DNA of 64,000 nt from Felis catus (lineage: Eukaryota), in the NCBI RefSeq assembly GCF_018350175.1, contig NC_058368.1, positions 181,476,001 to 181,540,000 of the forward strand, in the 5' to 3' direction. A model generated the notes under the pieces. It saw nothing but the letters and a program-made list of their open reading frames with translations, was not told where the DNA came from and did no database searches. Position numbers and translations under genes: made by a program. Numbering within the stretch: position 1 is the first letter of the stretch; each line of letters begins with the position of its first letter. Shown here in pieces: positions 52,658 through 64,000 of the stretch.

Positions 52658-53479
52658 TGTAGTAGGCAGGGCAGGTGGGTATCTGAGTATGGTATGCAGA
52701 GTTCTTCTCTCCATCACCCTTAACTACTGGTGTCATATCAATAAATACACTCCACAGCAGAAGGGACTTGGGAGATGTAATTAAGGTTGCTAATTATTTA
52801 ACCTAGGGAAATTAGCTGGGATTACCCAGGTGGTTCCAATGTAATCACATGAGACTTAGAAGAAGAGCTTTCTTTTGGCTGAGAGAGTAAAAGAAGTCAA
52901 AGTAGTGGTAGGAGAGTTGGAAATCTTCCAAGAATGAGAAAGATTCAAGGCACCATTGCTGGCTTGAGATGAAGTGAGCCACATGTCAAGGAACTGGGAG
53001 CTTCACTCTTAAACCACAAGGAACTAAATTCCCCCAATCACTTGGATGAGCGTGGAAGTAGATTCCTCCTCAGAGTTCCAGAAAGGAATGCAGACTTGCT
53101 GACATCTTGATTTCAGCCTTGTGAGACTTTAAACAGAGACCCTTACTTAGATACACTGTGCCCAGACCTCTGACCCATGTACACAGTAAGATAATAAATA
53201 AGCATTGTTGGGGCACCTGGGTGGCTCAGTCGCTTGAGTGTCCGACTTCAGCTCAGGTCATCATCTCGCGGTTTGTGAGTTCGAGCCCCACATCGGGCTC
53301 TGGGCTGGCAGCTCAGACCCTGGAGCCTGCTTCAGATTCTGTGTCTCCCTCTCCCTCTGTCCTTCCCCCTGCTCACGCTCTGACTCTGTCTTTCAATAAT
53401 AAACGTTAAAAAAAAATAAAAAAATAAGCATTGTTTTCATTTACTAAGTTTAAATTGTTAAGCAGCAGAATACTAATAT
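52658..53479 (+). mobile_element. MLT1D/E-like MaLR solo LTR, interrupted by a Can-SINE
   Basis: AGGGACTTGGGAGATGTAATTAAGGTT...AATGTAATCACATGAG...CCACAAGGAACTAAATTC...CATCTTGATTTCAGCCTTGTGAGAC...AATACTAATA. Confidence 0.8.
53210..53421 (+). mobile_element. Can-SINE (SINEC_Fc2-like)
   Basis: Perfect 14-bp TSD AAATAAGCATTGTT at 53196-53209 and 53422-53435. Confidence 0.96.
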
Positions 53480-53699
53480 GGTATCTTAACTAAGGTTTGG
53501 GAGATAATGTAAAGGAAAAAATTCTTCCTCATTCTCTAGCATCTTGCAGTTCAAAAGGATAGTTATCTACATGTAAATCTGATCTTTCAGCTGAAGATTT
53601 ACATTATTTAAAGTGGGGGTGGATGTTAGAAAGAAAAAGAACTGGTATCAAAGGAAAACAAACATTTAGTGGAAAGAGTCCCTTTACACTTAGTGGAAA

Positions 53700-53865
53700 G
53701 CATCCCCTAAGGTGCTTTGCATTGTTGTTTAATCTTCATACAAAAGTGGTGGAAGGATATATTATTCCTCCCATTTTACAGATGAGAAAACTGGGGTTGA
53801 TAGGTATGAGTGACAGATCAAAGACCAAGAGCTAATCAGCAGGCATGTCAGGATAGGATTTCAGA
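53700..53865 (-). mobile_element. MIR
   Basis: TTTAATCTTCATACAA...ATTATTCCTCCCATTTTACAGATGAGAAAACTG. Confidence 0.75.
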
Positions 53866-55644
53866 TAAATTGGGTCTTGTTGATGAGGAAGCTCTCATGG
53901 TTCATTTGTAACATATGCATGAGGTCTGTCTGTTATTCAGACCACAGTTGTGTGTATTTACATGTATACAGCAAAAAGGGTCACTTTAAAAGCCCTGCTT
54001 GAAACAATAATTCCTGAGCTTTTGAAGAAAGCTTTTGGCAAATAGGCCTCTAATCTGCAGGAGACGTAGTTCTCCCTGAGTAATTATTTCATTTTCTCTG
54101 CCATAATGTCCTCAGACAAGGACACCAGGCTTCCCTGGACCTGGCATCATAGTAAATTTGGTCACTGCAGCATATGGTGCCTGGTGCTAGAAATGTGGCC
54201 CCTCAATTCCAGAATTAAGATTAGCAATCCTAAATGGGATTTCACTGAGGATGTATGTGCATTTCCGATTCCTGTGTTGAGGGGCAAGAATCTTCTGGCA
54301 TCTGCTTCAGGAAATCTGTGCATGCATTTCATCTGGAAAGCTGAAGGGATTTTCTCACACTCCGGTCCATCTTGCTCCACTGTGGTTTGTCCACATTAAT
54401 CTTCTCGCTGATTTATCTCTTCTCATTCTGAACAGCTTGGATGCTATTGCTTCAATTGCTTTCTTTGGGAAATTATTCTGTTGTCTAATTGACCTACTAT
54501 TAATTTTATTTTCTATTATCTAATTTATTCCACCCTCCTCTTTCCCTCCACCCCATAGTTTCAAGGCCATTACTTCTTATTTCTTTCAGTTCCATTCAGT
54601 TGCCATTTTTTTTCTTTCCCAGGCCTTATAATCATCTCTAACATTAGCAAATACTTAACAGGGAAGAGAGAACATCAACAGCGAAGACACAGAGACGCAA
54701 AAACTACATTATCCACTCACTCCTTCCACTGTGAATATTAACCTCTCCTCATTATTATTTAAACATGGCAGATTTTCTTCTCCTGGACATTATAACTCCT
54801 CACATTTTTATAGCGTTCAAATTATCTCTTCTTTTTCTTCCTTCCAACCCTCCTTTTTTAACTTTCCATTCATTCCTCTTCCTTCTCTCTCTTTTAACTC
54901 TCTTTCTGTCTTCCTTTCTTTCCCTCTTTATGAAAGGTGCACTATTCTCATGTGGCCTGCAGAAGCAAAATGTGTATTTGATATATTTTAGAAAATACAA
55001 GAAAGTGTAAAAAATAAAATTTGAAAAAAATCCATAATCATAAAGACCAAGATAACAGCCAATAAAATTTTACTAGAGTCCTGTTACAAGTGCATGACTT
55101 ACTCTAATCCACTGAGGGCTCTATCAAAATCAAAGCTATCTAACCTTTTGTAAAGAAGAGTCTCTACTGTCCACTGTCTTCAAATGCAGAGAACTTTCCT
55201 TCCTACCCAGCCAGAAAGTTACAAATTTCTACAATAGTTCTAGGCAGAAAATTATTGTTTCAGTCTGGAGAGATGAGGGCCTGCTTCAGGAAAGTGGTGA
55301 TAGGTAAGTGCTACTATCAAGAGGGCGTATGGGGTCAGTTCTTGAACTGTCATTGCAGATACGGAATAGGAAAGGTATTTTAGAGAGAAATTGTGGTGTG
55401 AGAAAAAGAGGGACAGATTTTGACCAGGAGAAACCATATCTGAAGAAAACTGAGTAGTCCTTCCTAAGTGGGCAGGAAAGGTAACAGAAGGGATCTAGTG
55501 GAAATCTGGACGAGCAACTTACATTAGCCAGAAAGTATAAGGGTGGTGAATGTCAAGGAAACAATGTAGGGAACAGAGAGCCCTTGAATATTTCAAGCAG
55601 AGTCAAGACTCCGCTATGCAAAATTATTCAATTAGCAGTGAGAA

Positions 55645-55805
55645 GTGATATTGTATGGTGAAAGGAGTATGTGTTCTGAATCGTACTGGGGTAGGTTCCA
55701 ATCCCAATTTCTCCCTTGATAAGATGTGTGTGGCATTTGGCAAACTGAATATAATCACTATACCACAGGTCCCTCATCCGTAAGATATGAATAATAATAC
55801 CATAC
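55645..55805 (+). mobile_element. MIR fragment
   Basis: TGTGTGGCATTTGGCAAA...CCTCATCCGTAAGATATGAATAATAATACC. Confidence 0.65.
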
Positions 55806-55807
55806 AG

Positions 55808-56150
55808 GAACTTGGTTTGAGTTCCCTGGAAGCAGAGCCTGAGAGGAAGAGTCACGTGTAAGTGGCTTATTAAGGAAACTTTTCCAGTAGAGATTTCTCA
55901 GGACATCAGAGAGAGGGAAAGGAAACACACCAAGCAAAGTTTCAGACTAAGGCCATAGAGATTAGCTTCAACCTCCTCCTCCCAGGTGATGCTATAATAC
56001 AAGTTACACCTCAGATATATCCTGACCCAAAGCAAGGGAGCTGTTTTTTATTTGTTTGTTTGTTTGTTTGTTTGTTTGTTTGCTTTTCTACTCCTAGGTG
56101 CCACACCAATGACCAGGAGAATGGGAAAGTCATTCACTGAAATATGCTTG
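55808..56150 (-). mobile_element. LTR16-like ERVL LTR fragment, containing (GTTT)n at 56051-56082
   Basis: GTTCCCTGGAAGCAGAGCCTGAGA...GTGTAAGTGGCTTATTAAGGAA is antisense to the LTR16 3' end. Confidence 0.65.
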
Positions 56151-56652
56151 TCAAGGGGCAGAATTGTGAGGAGGAAAGCAAGGCAACAAATCTCACTGTG
56201 GACGTGATTACACAAGCCAGCAAATGAAGAAGAGACATTGCTTTCTTCTAAAGTATACCTAAGCATAACTATGTAGTTAATTTTAGCGTGATAAGAAATA
56301 CAACTGACCATTATTGGTTATTTAAATGCTTTCCACTCCTCCTGCAGAGAAGAGTGAATCCTGAGGAAGGTAAGCTCTTTGCTGAGCAAGATGATGGGGT
56401 GGGGATGCAGTACGGATATATTCAGAGAAAGGAAGGCAGACAGAAGAGGTAGGGAAGGGCAGATCTAAAGGGAAAAAGTGAGAGATGCTGCAGAAAGATC
56501 TAGAGGAAGAACCCAAAAGGATAGGAGATATTCTAAGAAGGTCATGACCACCGCATTGAGAAAGGAAATTTGGGGAACCCAAGAAATCTTTACCAGAATG
56601 TTCATAGAGTTTTGCTACGTGGTATTTCTTCCCATAAAAAGTCAACAAAACT

Positions 56653-56865
56653 GGGGTGCCTGGGTGGCTCAGTCAGTTAAGCGCCCAACTTCGGCTCAGG
56701 TCATGATCTCACAGTTTGTGAGTTTGAGCCCCACATCGGGCTCTATGCTGACAGCCTGGAGCCTGCTTCAGATTTTGTGTCTCCCTCTCTCTCTGCCACT
56801 CCCCTGCTCATGCTCTGTCTCTCTGTGTCTCTCAGTATCTCATAGAAATAAATAACAATTAAAAA
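56653..56865 (+). mobile_element. Can-SINE (SINEC_Fc2-like)
   Basis: GGGGTGCCTGGGTGGCTCAG...AATAAATAAC-A tail. Degenerate TSD AAAAAGTCAACAAAAC / AAAAAGTTAACATAAC. Confidence 0.95.
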
Positions 56866-58561
56866 AAAAAGTTAACATAACATACATCTTTAACTGGCAT
56901 CTTTAGGAGTAACTATTGGGGCGTGTATGAATGTGTGTATTGGAGGGAACAATTGGAAGGAACATTGGGGTTCCATGTGAGACCTGGGGACCCCTCTTTG
57001 TGCTTCTCACAACTGCCTGCCTTGAAGTCAATTATATTTGGGTTATGCAAGAAAACAGTTCACTATAAGAAAATGCTAAACAGCAGCTCTCAAAGCATGG
57101 TCTCCAGGCAGTCAGAAACAACCCAGAACAGAGCAGAGAGTGGAAACAGCGGGGAGAGAAAGGAAACTGCATCTGAACTCAATTATATCAGCCAGCCAAT
57201 CAGTTCTTCAAGGCACTGCATATTATTCCGAGTAAAAGTTAAAACAAAAAAGAAAATAGAGACTAATCATAAAAAAGCCTAATCATGAAAATAGAGCACA
57301 CGCATCTCTAAACAAAGAGCTCTTAGAGCCAATCACAAGCCCAAAATGAAGTGATATACAGTACAGTTGTAAACTGGCTGAAGCATCAAGAAAAAATCTC
57401 AAGTTAATCAGAAGGCATTCTTCCTATACAGTAAGCTCATACCCATTACAATCCAGTGTGTTAATGACCATTACTCAAAATGACAACATCGTAACTAAAA
57501 TCACCATTTGTTCAAGTTAATTTCTTAAAAATCTCTGATTTTCCTCCATTACATTTAATATTTATGAATCCTAAGTCACTGGAACTTCTCTATTTTCTGC
57601 TTATTACCATCATTTTCAGGATGTAAAATGAAGGTCATTAAAGTTGGACTTCCCCTTTTCTTTCTCATTTACCTAGCAGTGCGTCTTTAAAAGGCAATAT
57701 AATTCCAATCAAGGGTTTGGCATACAATAACAGTTTTACCTTTGCTTGAATATTATGTTATTGGGAACAAAATTCAGGTCCCATTACCTTAATCAGCTAC
57801 AAACAAATATTTCTCACTTTAAGCATAACCACTTTCTAACAAATCTGGCTAGAAAGTGAATACTTGAGTTAGGTAAATCCTGATTCCACTCTAACTTCTT
57901 TCATAACAGAGGGAAAAAATACTCAAAAGAAATTGAAACCCACTGGGGAAGAAGAAATGAAGTTAGTAGGAAGGTTAATGGCATGCTGGACATAATATTC
58001 TGTGTTTTTCTTCCTTATCCTTTCCTCTTTCCCTGGAATTTCTCATTGGTATCAGGATTCCTTTGAGATAGAATGTGTTTGGTTCTTGGAAGTCAGGGCC
58101 TCCCCACATTTTCTGGGCATTTAGTGTGTAAATGAAGTAGGTTCAATATGCCAATGGGTTCCACAATCAAAGAAGATACTTTACAAATTTAATTTTAATT
58201 TTACAAGTCCTAGGATTCTAAAAAGGAAATGTATACCCTACGACAGAAATTACCTAATGGAAAAATCTCTAAAATTTAATCCTATTGCACTTAAGATTGC
58301 CCCATGCACTCATTCACACGCTATTCCTCTCATGGCTTGGCATCACTGGGGAGACAAGTTTTAATTAAACACACTAAATAAAAAGGGAGATTTAAATCTC
58401 CATAAGATCCTATATATTGGGGGAAGACTTATTCTTAGACCTTGGTTCTGTGTAACAACTCTCCACTCCCACTCCTTATCCAAATTTAGAAAACACTTTT
58501 TGCAGGGAGAAAATTCCAGAAAAGTTTCTCTGGCATTGCCTTTGGACCCCTCCTGTACATA

Positions 58562-58564
<3 letters not shown>

Positions 58565-58614
<50 letters not shown>

Positions 58615-58670
58615 GAGAGGGAGAGAAAAGGAGAGAGGAAGAGGTGGGGGAGAGAAGAGAAGGAGAAAAT
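58565..58670. repeat. (GA)n microsatellite and purine tract
   Basis: Read directly from the sequence. Confidence 0.95.
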
Positions 58671-59710
58671 GCAATAAAATGGTGACAAAAATAAGGGCTA
58701 ACTGAAAAGTAAAAGGCTCCACTCAGACTGAACTAATATGGAATGGTCTCTCACGCTGGGAAAATGAGTTGAAAAGAGCCCATACTGTGAATCAACTCCC
58801 ACCATCACTGTAAAAAATAAATATGAAAAACAACAACAACAACCAAATGTGTAATGCCAGTTTTTAGTTCTAAACTAAATGCTCTGCCTTTGGAGAATTC
58901 ACATAGAATAAAAAAAAAAAAAAGTTGGGGGGGGTTGTTGGAAGGAATTTCTAATTTACTCTAAATTAGGGAAAAGATTCAACCTTTTTCCATGGTTGGC
59001 TCATTATCATAGGAGGCAGTGGGTGGTGAGGAAAATAGAGCCTGGTGCACACCAACCTTGCAAAAAAAGTACCTCAAAGTACCAGCACCTTCCAGACCAG
59101 TAGTCTATGCCCCTTCCTCCTCAGCCATGTATAAAGGAGACAAAGTTATACCTCAGCCCAAGGACAATTTATATACCAAGGACAAAGTAGGATGGGGCTA
59201 TCTCTTGGGCGCCTAAAAGAAATTCCATTGACGTTTGAAACAATAGACAAGAAAGAAAAATGCAGTCTCTTTCTCTAGGAGCTCATATTATAATGTAGGG
59301 ACTTGACAGCCAGTTGAAAATCACGTCAAAGGGAAGTAAGGTAATGCTACCAACCTCAATGAGTTTATTTCACAGCAGGGAGATGTGAAGCGAAAGGATG
59401 CAACTTAGAAGGGTCAAGCCAATAGAAATAATAGCAGATACTGAGAAAGATGACACAGAGAAAACCGGAGCTCACTGCTTTCCTGAAAACGGCAGAGTCT
59501 CCCGTCAGTTACTGCCATGGCAATGGAAGGCAGATTCGATGCATGGGAGGGGATGGAGGGATATGGCATTAAAAGACTCTTTAAGTGCTGGGCCTGGGAA
59601 ACTCAATAGATGGTGGTAACTCAAACAGTGGCCCAGAAGTTGATCGTGAATTTGATCCTTCCCTCCAGGGAAAAGATGAGAATGCCAGCTATAAGAAGGT
59701 ATAAATTGCA

Positions 59711-59724
59711 CCACCAGATAGCAG
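59711..59724 (+). promoter_or_regulatory. Candidate CTCF motif
   Basis: CCACCAGATAGCAG matches the CCASYAGRKGGCRS core at 13 of 14 positions, in unique sequence. Confidence 0.35.
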
Positions 59725-60611
59725 GCCGATTAAAGCAGAAACATATTACTCTTCGTGCAACTGAAAGTATTCACATGTCTTTATGTTCACAGTCCTTTAA
59801 ACACAGAGCAACTCAATAAATTCTTATTTATGTGATGCCATCAGCAGCAGTAGTGCCTAGAGAGTCTCCTTCTTTGTTTATAGGCAGAAGGGGACACAAT
59901 GCAGGGGATTTTTTTTTCCTTTCATATCAGCCAGCCACTGCCCTCCAAGTTGCAACCGTAAGATGGGGATCGAAAGATTTTGACAGTTTTACCATACATC
60001 TTTCTATTCACAAAGACTTCTAATCTTGAAACTGGTCCTTTGTTTTAAATCAGGCATCTATTGATTAACCGGGAGACCCAGCGCAGCTCACCAGGGGCTG
60101 AGGTGGGGTATACACTATGGAATTAGGACAGTTAAACACTGAAATCGATCCTGCCTTTCTCCTGCCGCTGTTGCTGTAGCAAGCAGTTTCTCTAAGCTAT
60201 TAATTTTATTATTAGCACACCTGGAGGCATTGCTTCCCTCAGGGAAAAGCAATTCAACTGTGTGTGCTACACGGCTAGTGGCGGATGATCAATGGCATAG
60301 CTGGGATGGGACAGGGAGTTGCGTCCTGTCCCCACCTATGTGAAATGTGGGGGTGATCTTTCTTGCAAAGCCGGGGACACAGAATGAGATGTTGTTTCTG
60401 ATCTCCTGTCTCCACTCTTTCAGCAAACTCCGGTTACCCAAAAAAATGTGCTTTGTGTTTGTGAAAAAAGAAAATGTGGAAAGAGAAGTCCTCTAAATTT
60501 TAGCTCCAACCCTGCCATTTCACTGTGTGGCTTCCTACAAGCCATTTCCTATCTAGTCTTTATGTAAAATAAAGAACTGGGAGGGATGTATGTGTGTGTC
60601 CCACCCAGATC

Positions 60612-60960
60612 TGAGTCTGCAAACTGGCAGCTCACAGGCTTAACTGTCTTTTCCAGGGCAATTCTTTTGGCCAGTGTAATGTTGGTCCCCTAAACTGTGT
60701 AAAATTTTATGCAATTTTTGAAAACATAAATTACTGATTGTCAGAAAGCAGGATATTTCCTATAAGCATCTGGATATCTGGTTTCTCATTAAAAAATTGG
60801 ATACACGCACAACACTGGACCTCTGTGGCATATTGTGCAGAGGAGTAGCTGTCCCTTTTAGAGAATGCATGTGCTCTCTGGTGCCATGTCTTCATTCAGC
60901 CCACCCCACCCCATAAGGGTATACGTTCAGCCCCTGTACAGTTGAGATTGCCATCTCTTG
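60612..60960 (-). mobile_element. MER102 hAT-Charlie element
   Basis: GCAAACTGGCAGCTCACAGG...ATCTGGATATCTGGTTTCTC...AACACTGG...GAGTAGCTGTCCCTTTTAGA...GCATGTGCTCTC is antisense to the recalled MER102 consensus. Confidence 0.75.
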
Positions 60961-62119
60961 TGGAGATTACCTCTCTAATAATTTACATCACCTGAGAATA
61001 TTCCAATACAAGCAACTTCCTTCTCAGACTATTTCAAGTCTCTGTCTTCCCTCATTCTTTCCTTTTCCCCCTTTCTTTCTCCCTCCCTGCTTCTCTCCCA
61101 ACCCCTCGTAGTCCTTAACACAGGTGCTTAACAAGAGTTCCTTTTATATAGATAATATAGATAATATGTTCCTTTTATAATAGATAATATAGCGTGGGAC
61201 TGAGGGTATATTCAAGCCAATATCACTGTTTTAAAGATATCTAGGTGATTGGGTTGAGGTTTCCTGGTTAATAATCATATGGAGATTGTATGTTCCCATA
61301 TAATAGTGTACACAGTACTGAACCAAGTGACCAGAGAAAACCCAAAGCACAGTATATTCATTTTTCTTGTCCATGTCCTGGTGTTCTGCACTGGCTGGGG
61401 ATGTAGAAGTGCACCTTACAATGAGGAGAAGGTTCTGCTCCCTAAGACTCTATCTACTGAATTCTGACAGTACCAGGCAAAAATACGAAGAGCGTCACTG
61501 ACCCTTGCAAATCCAATTTCTGTATCCCCTAACGACCATGCCTCTCTTTCTTTTAACTAATGTTTATTGAGCAAATACTACATGCTGGGCTGTGTTCCAG
61601 AAACAAGTAATGTGGATTAGGTGAGATCCCTGCCTGGTTTACCACCACCAGAACTCATGGGAATCCACCTATGGCTTCTAGCAAACCCTATTGTACACTG
61701 TAAAAAGCCCATGCTTTGGAATGAGACAGATGTGAGTCTGAAGCCTGGTCTTGCCACTTATTAATTATGTGTCCCTGTCAGGTCACTTAATTTCTCTGAG
61801 CTTACATACCTTGGTTCTTACACAGAACACTAATGGAATTGGTCAAATGATACTCGTCTCTATTAGAACAGTAGAAAAAGAAATAAGTGCCCCATTCTTT
61901 GGTGAGTCCAGATGGGATCTCAATGAATTTACTGTCCATCTTGGCATTCAGGATCTCAAATCAGGGAACAACTTCATAGGGTGCATGGTAAAACATGTTA
62001 TAAACATCGGAGTAGTGTGATTACGGTTAAATATAGTCAGAATTTCAGTCAAGAGTTTTGCATCTATATATATGTACATAGTGTATATATGTATATAAAT
62101 AAAATAAATGACAACAATA

Positions 62120-62260
62120 AAAGTGTGGGAGGAATGGGTACAAAATGGAGCTATAGATGATATGGTAGAATACTGATAATTATTGAAGTTAAATGATGGG
62201 TATACAGAGGTTCATTATTCTATTCAGTTTATTTTGAATTTAAACTTTTTTAATATTAAA
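62120..62260 (+). mobile_element. L1ME-like 3' terminal fragment
   Basis: TGATAATTATTGAAGTTAAATGATGGGTATACAGAGGTTCATTATTCTATTC. Confidence 0.65.
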
Positions 62261-62349
62261 CTATCCATTCTCTTACAAAATGAATATAACACTATCACTA
62301 ATAACAGCTATCATTTATCAAAAATTTAGTACAGCCTAACTCTGTAACT

Positions 62350-62502
62350 AATGCATTATCAGAACACATCATTCCTTTATATATTGCCTGTAGCTACTTT
62401 CATGCCCCAAATGCAGAGTTGAGTAGTTGTAATAGACATTGTATTGCTCACAAAGCCTACAATATTTGACCTTTTACATAAATAATTTGCCTTTATCCCT
62501 GC
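62350..62502 (-). mobile_element. MER58-like fragment
   Basis: ATATTGCCTGTAGCTACTTTCATG...GCAGAGTTGAGTAGTTGTAATAGAC...CACAAAGCCTACAATATTT. Confidence 0.75.
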
Positions 62503-62934
62503 CATAATATATGCTCATTAAAAGCTTCCACCTTTTCTGTATGAAAGACCAGTTCCCTCAGGTCTCTTGTAGGTGACTGAGAACTAATTGGACACATTAA
62601 TTTAAGCTATTAATGGCTGATAATGGTTTAATATGTCACCACTCCCAGATAAGACACGAAAAGCCCCCCTTAAAATGCAAATGCTAGCACAAGGACACAG
62701 CTAATAAATCAATTCCAGGAAGTGAGATTACAGAGCCCTTTTGTGGTAGTGCACTTTTTTCCCCACTGAGATTGTCTTTACTGACTTCCTCCAATACATC
62801 CCACCAGCTGCTCTTGGTGTTTATTCTATTTTTATAATTTCACAGATCAGCATAAATATATCATAAGCCCACATAGGCTAGCTGGAATTCTCTACAAGAG
62901 TTAAACCCTTTTAGGAAACAAGCGAAGGGAAGTA

Positions 62935-63110
62935 GTATAGTTGTTAAGAGCATGATGTTTAGCAACTGACAGACTTCACTCCCTGCTCTGTTAGTAAATA
63001 GCTGTATAGCTATTCCCATCTCCAATGTCCGGATGAGGACAGCATTCATCTTCAGGGGTTTTGTAAGGATTAATAGGAAATTGCGAAGGAAGTGCTTATC
63101 ACAGCTAACA
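62935..63110 (+). mobile_element. MIR fragment
   Basis: GTATAGTTGTTAAGAGCATG...GGGTTTTGTAAGGATTAA...AAGTGCTTATCACAG. Confidence 0.6.
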
Positions 63111-63859
63111 TTTATGGAGCATTACTATTTTTACACCTTGTGTTGCAAATGTCAGTACCTCCCAGGGATAATGATCCCTGCTAAATTGGGTTTGTCCAGG
63201 GACCAAAAGTTAGTGTGCGTGACCTTCAAGGGCTGCTCCCTGTCCATCCCCCCATTCCTTCTCACCTTTATGAGTCCTTGACTCAAAACCCAATTTCAGA
63301 AGAAGGGGAACAGCTTTCATAAAGTCACAGGTGCCTCACATGGAAATCTCTTCCAAATTTATAATTCGGTTACTCTGCATGCTATCTTAATAGTCTACAG
63401 TTCCAGTAATAAAGATAGGTTAATTTTGCATTAGATGAGCTTTAATGTACATTTAGAAATCAGAAACTAGCTTATGTGTTCATTAGTGGAAATCTTGCTT
63501 AAAGTGGGTCATGCTGAACTAGAGGAAATTCAGAGGGTTTGGGAAGAGGGAAGGTGTTTTCCTTCATGTGTCATCTTCTATTATTTATGATAAATGGAAT
63601 GGTTTTGAATCAGAGGAGCCTAATATGTGTCCCAATATGTATCACTGGTACATAATGGTGTGAGATATCACCAGGGAAGCAGCTCTTCCCATGACTTGGG
63701 TATCCTGTGCCCAACTTCAGCAAAGGGTGGCTGGGGGCTGCTATGGTTTCACCTCCAGTGAGGTAACGCTTGGTAAAACCTTCCCAGTTGACACATAAGC
63801 AGTGAGACATCCTTAGCAGTGAGTTGGTCGTATCTGGAGATGTTGTGCAAAGAACTTAG

Positions 63860-63995
63860 CCTTGAGATAAAACAGAACTGTAGCCGGCCCCTGGCTTCAC
63901 CAGGAGTAATCTTGGGCAAAGTGCCTCACCTTCGGAAGTCTCAGTTTCCTCATCCAAAAAGACAGAAATAATGTTTGCTAGGACAAAGAATGGTA
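63860..63995 (+). mobile_element. MIR fragment
   Basis: TCTTGGGCAAAGTGCCTCACC...TCTCAGTTTCCTCATCC. Confidence 0.6.
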
Positions 63996-64000
63996 CCTGT

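Noticed and set aside
56348..56369. 22-nt micro-exon candidate (CCTGCAG|...AAG|GTAAGC)
   Set aside because: Not frame-preserving and no other support; such site pairs are common by chance.
1..64000. tRNA/snRNA/rRNA genes, processed pseudogenes, intact ERV or L1 ORFs, foreign inserts
   Set aside because: None recognised by eye; tRNA-like A/B boxes occur only within SINE heads.

Overview
AT-rich, CpG-poor mammalian non-coding DNA from a feliform carnivore, most likely a cat-family genome. The taxon call rests on 15 tRNA-derived Can-SINEs of the SINEC_Fc2/Fc3 type. The window is mostly old interspersed repeats (MIR, L2, L1M fragments, MaLR/ERVL solo LTRs, and hAT/Tigger MITEs such as MER5A, MER33, MER47, MER58, MER63 and MER102) plus microsatellites. 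Several repeat-free, TAAT-rich blocks look like conserved enhancers. The only reasonable protein-coding signal is one 153-nt exon candidate at 2100-2252 (+), whose gene I could not identify; it is either a terminal exon or is followed by a >60 kb intron. The ORF track is otherwise noise or repeat-derived. I found no convincing novel multi-gene system; the findings are modest structural or regulatory observations. Repeat family names come from recalled consensus sequences, not a database search, and boundaries of old elements are approximate.
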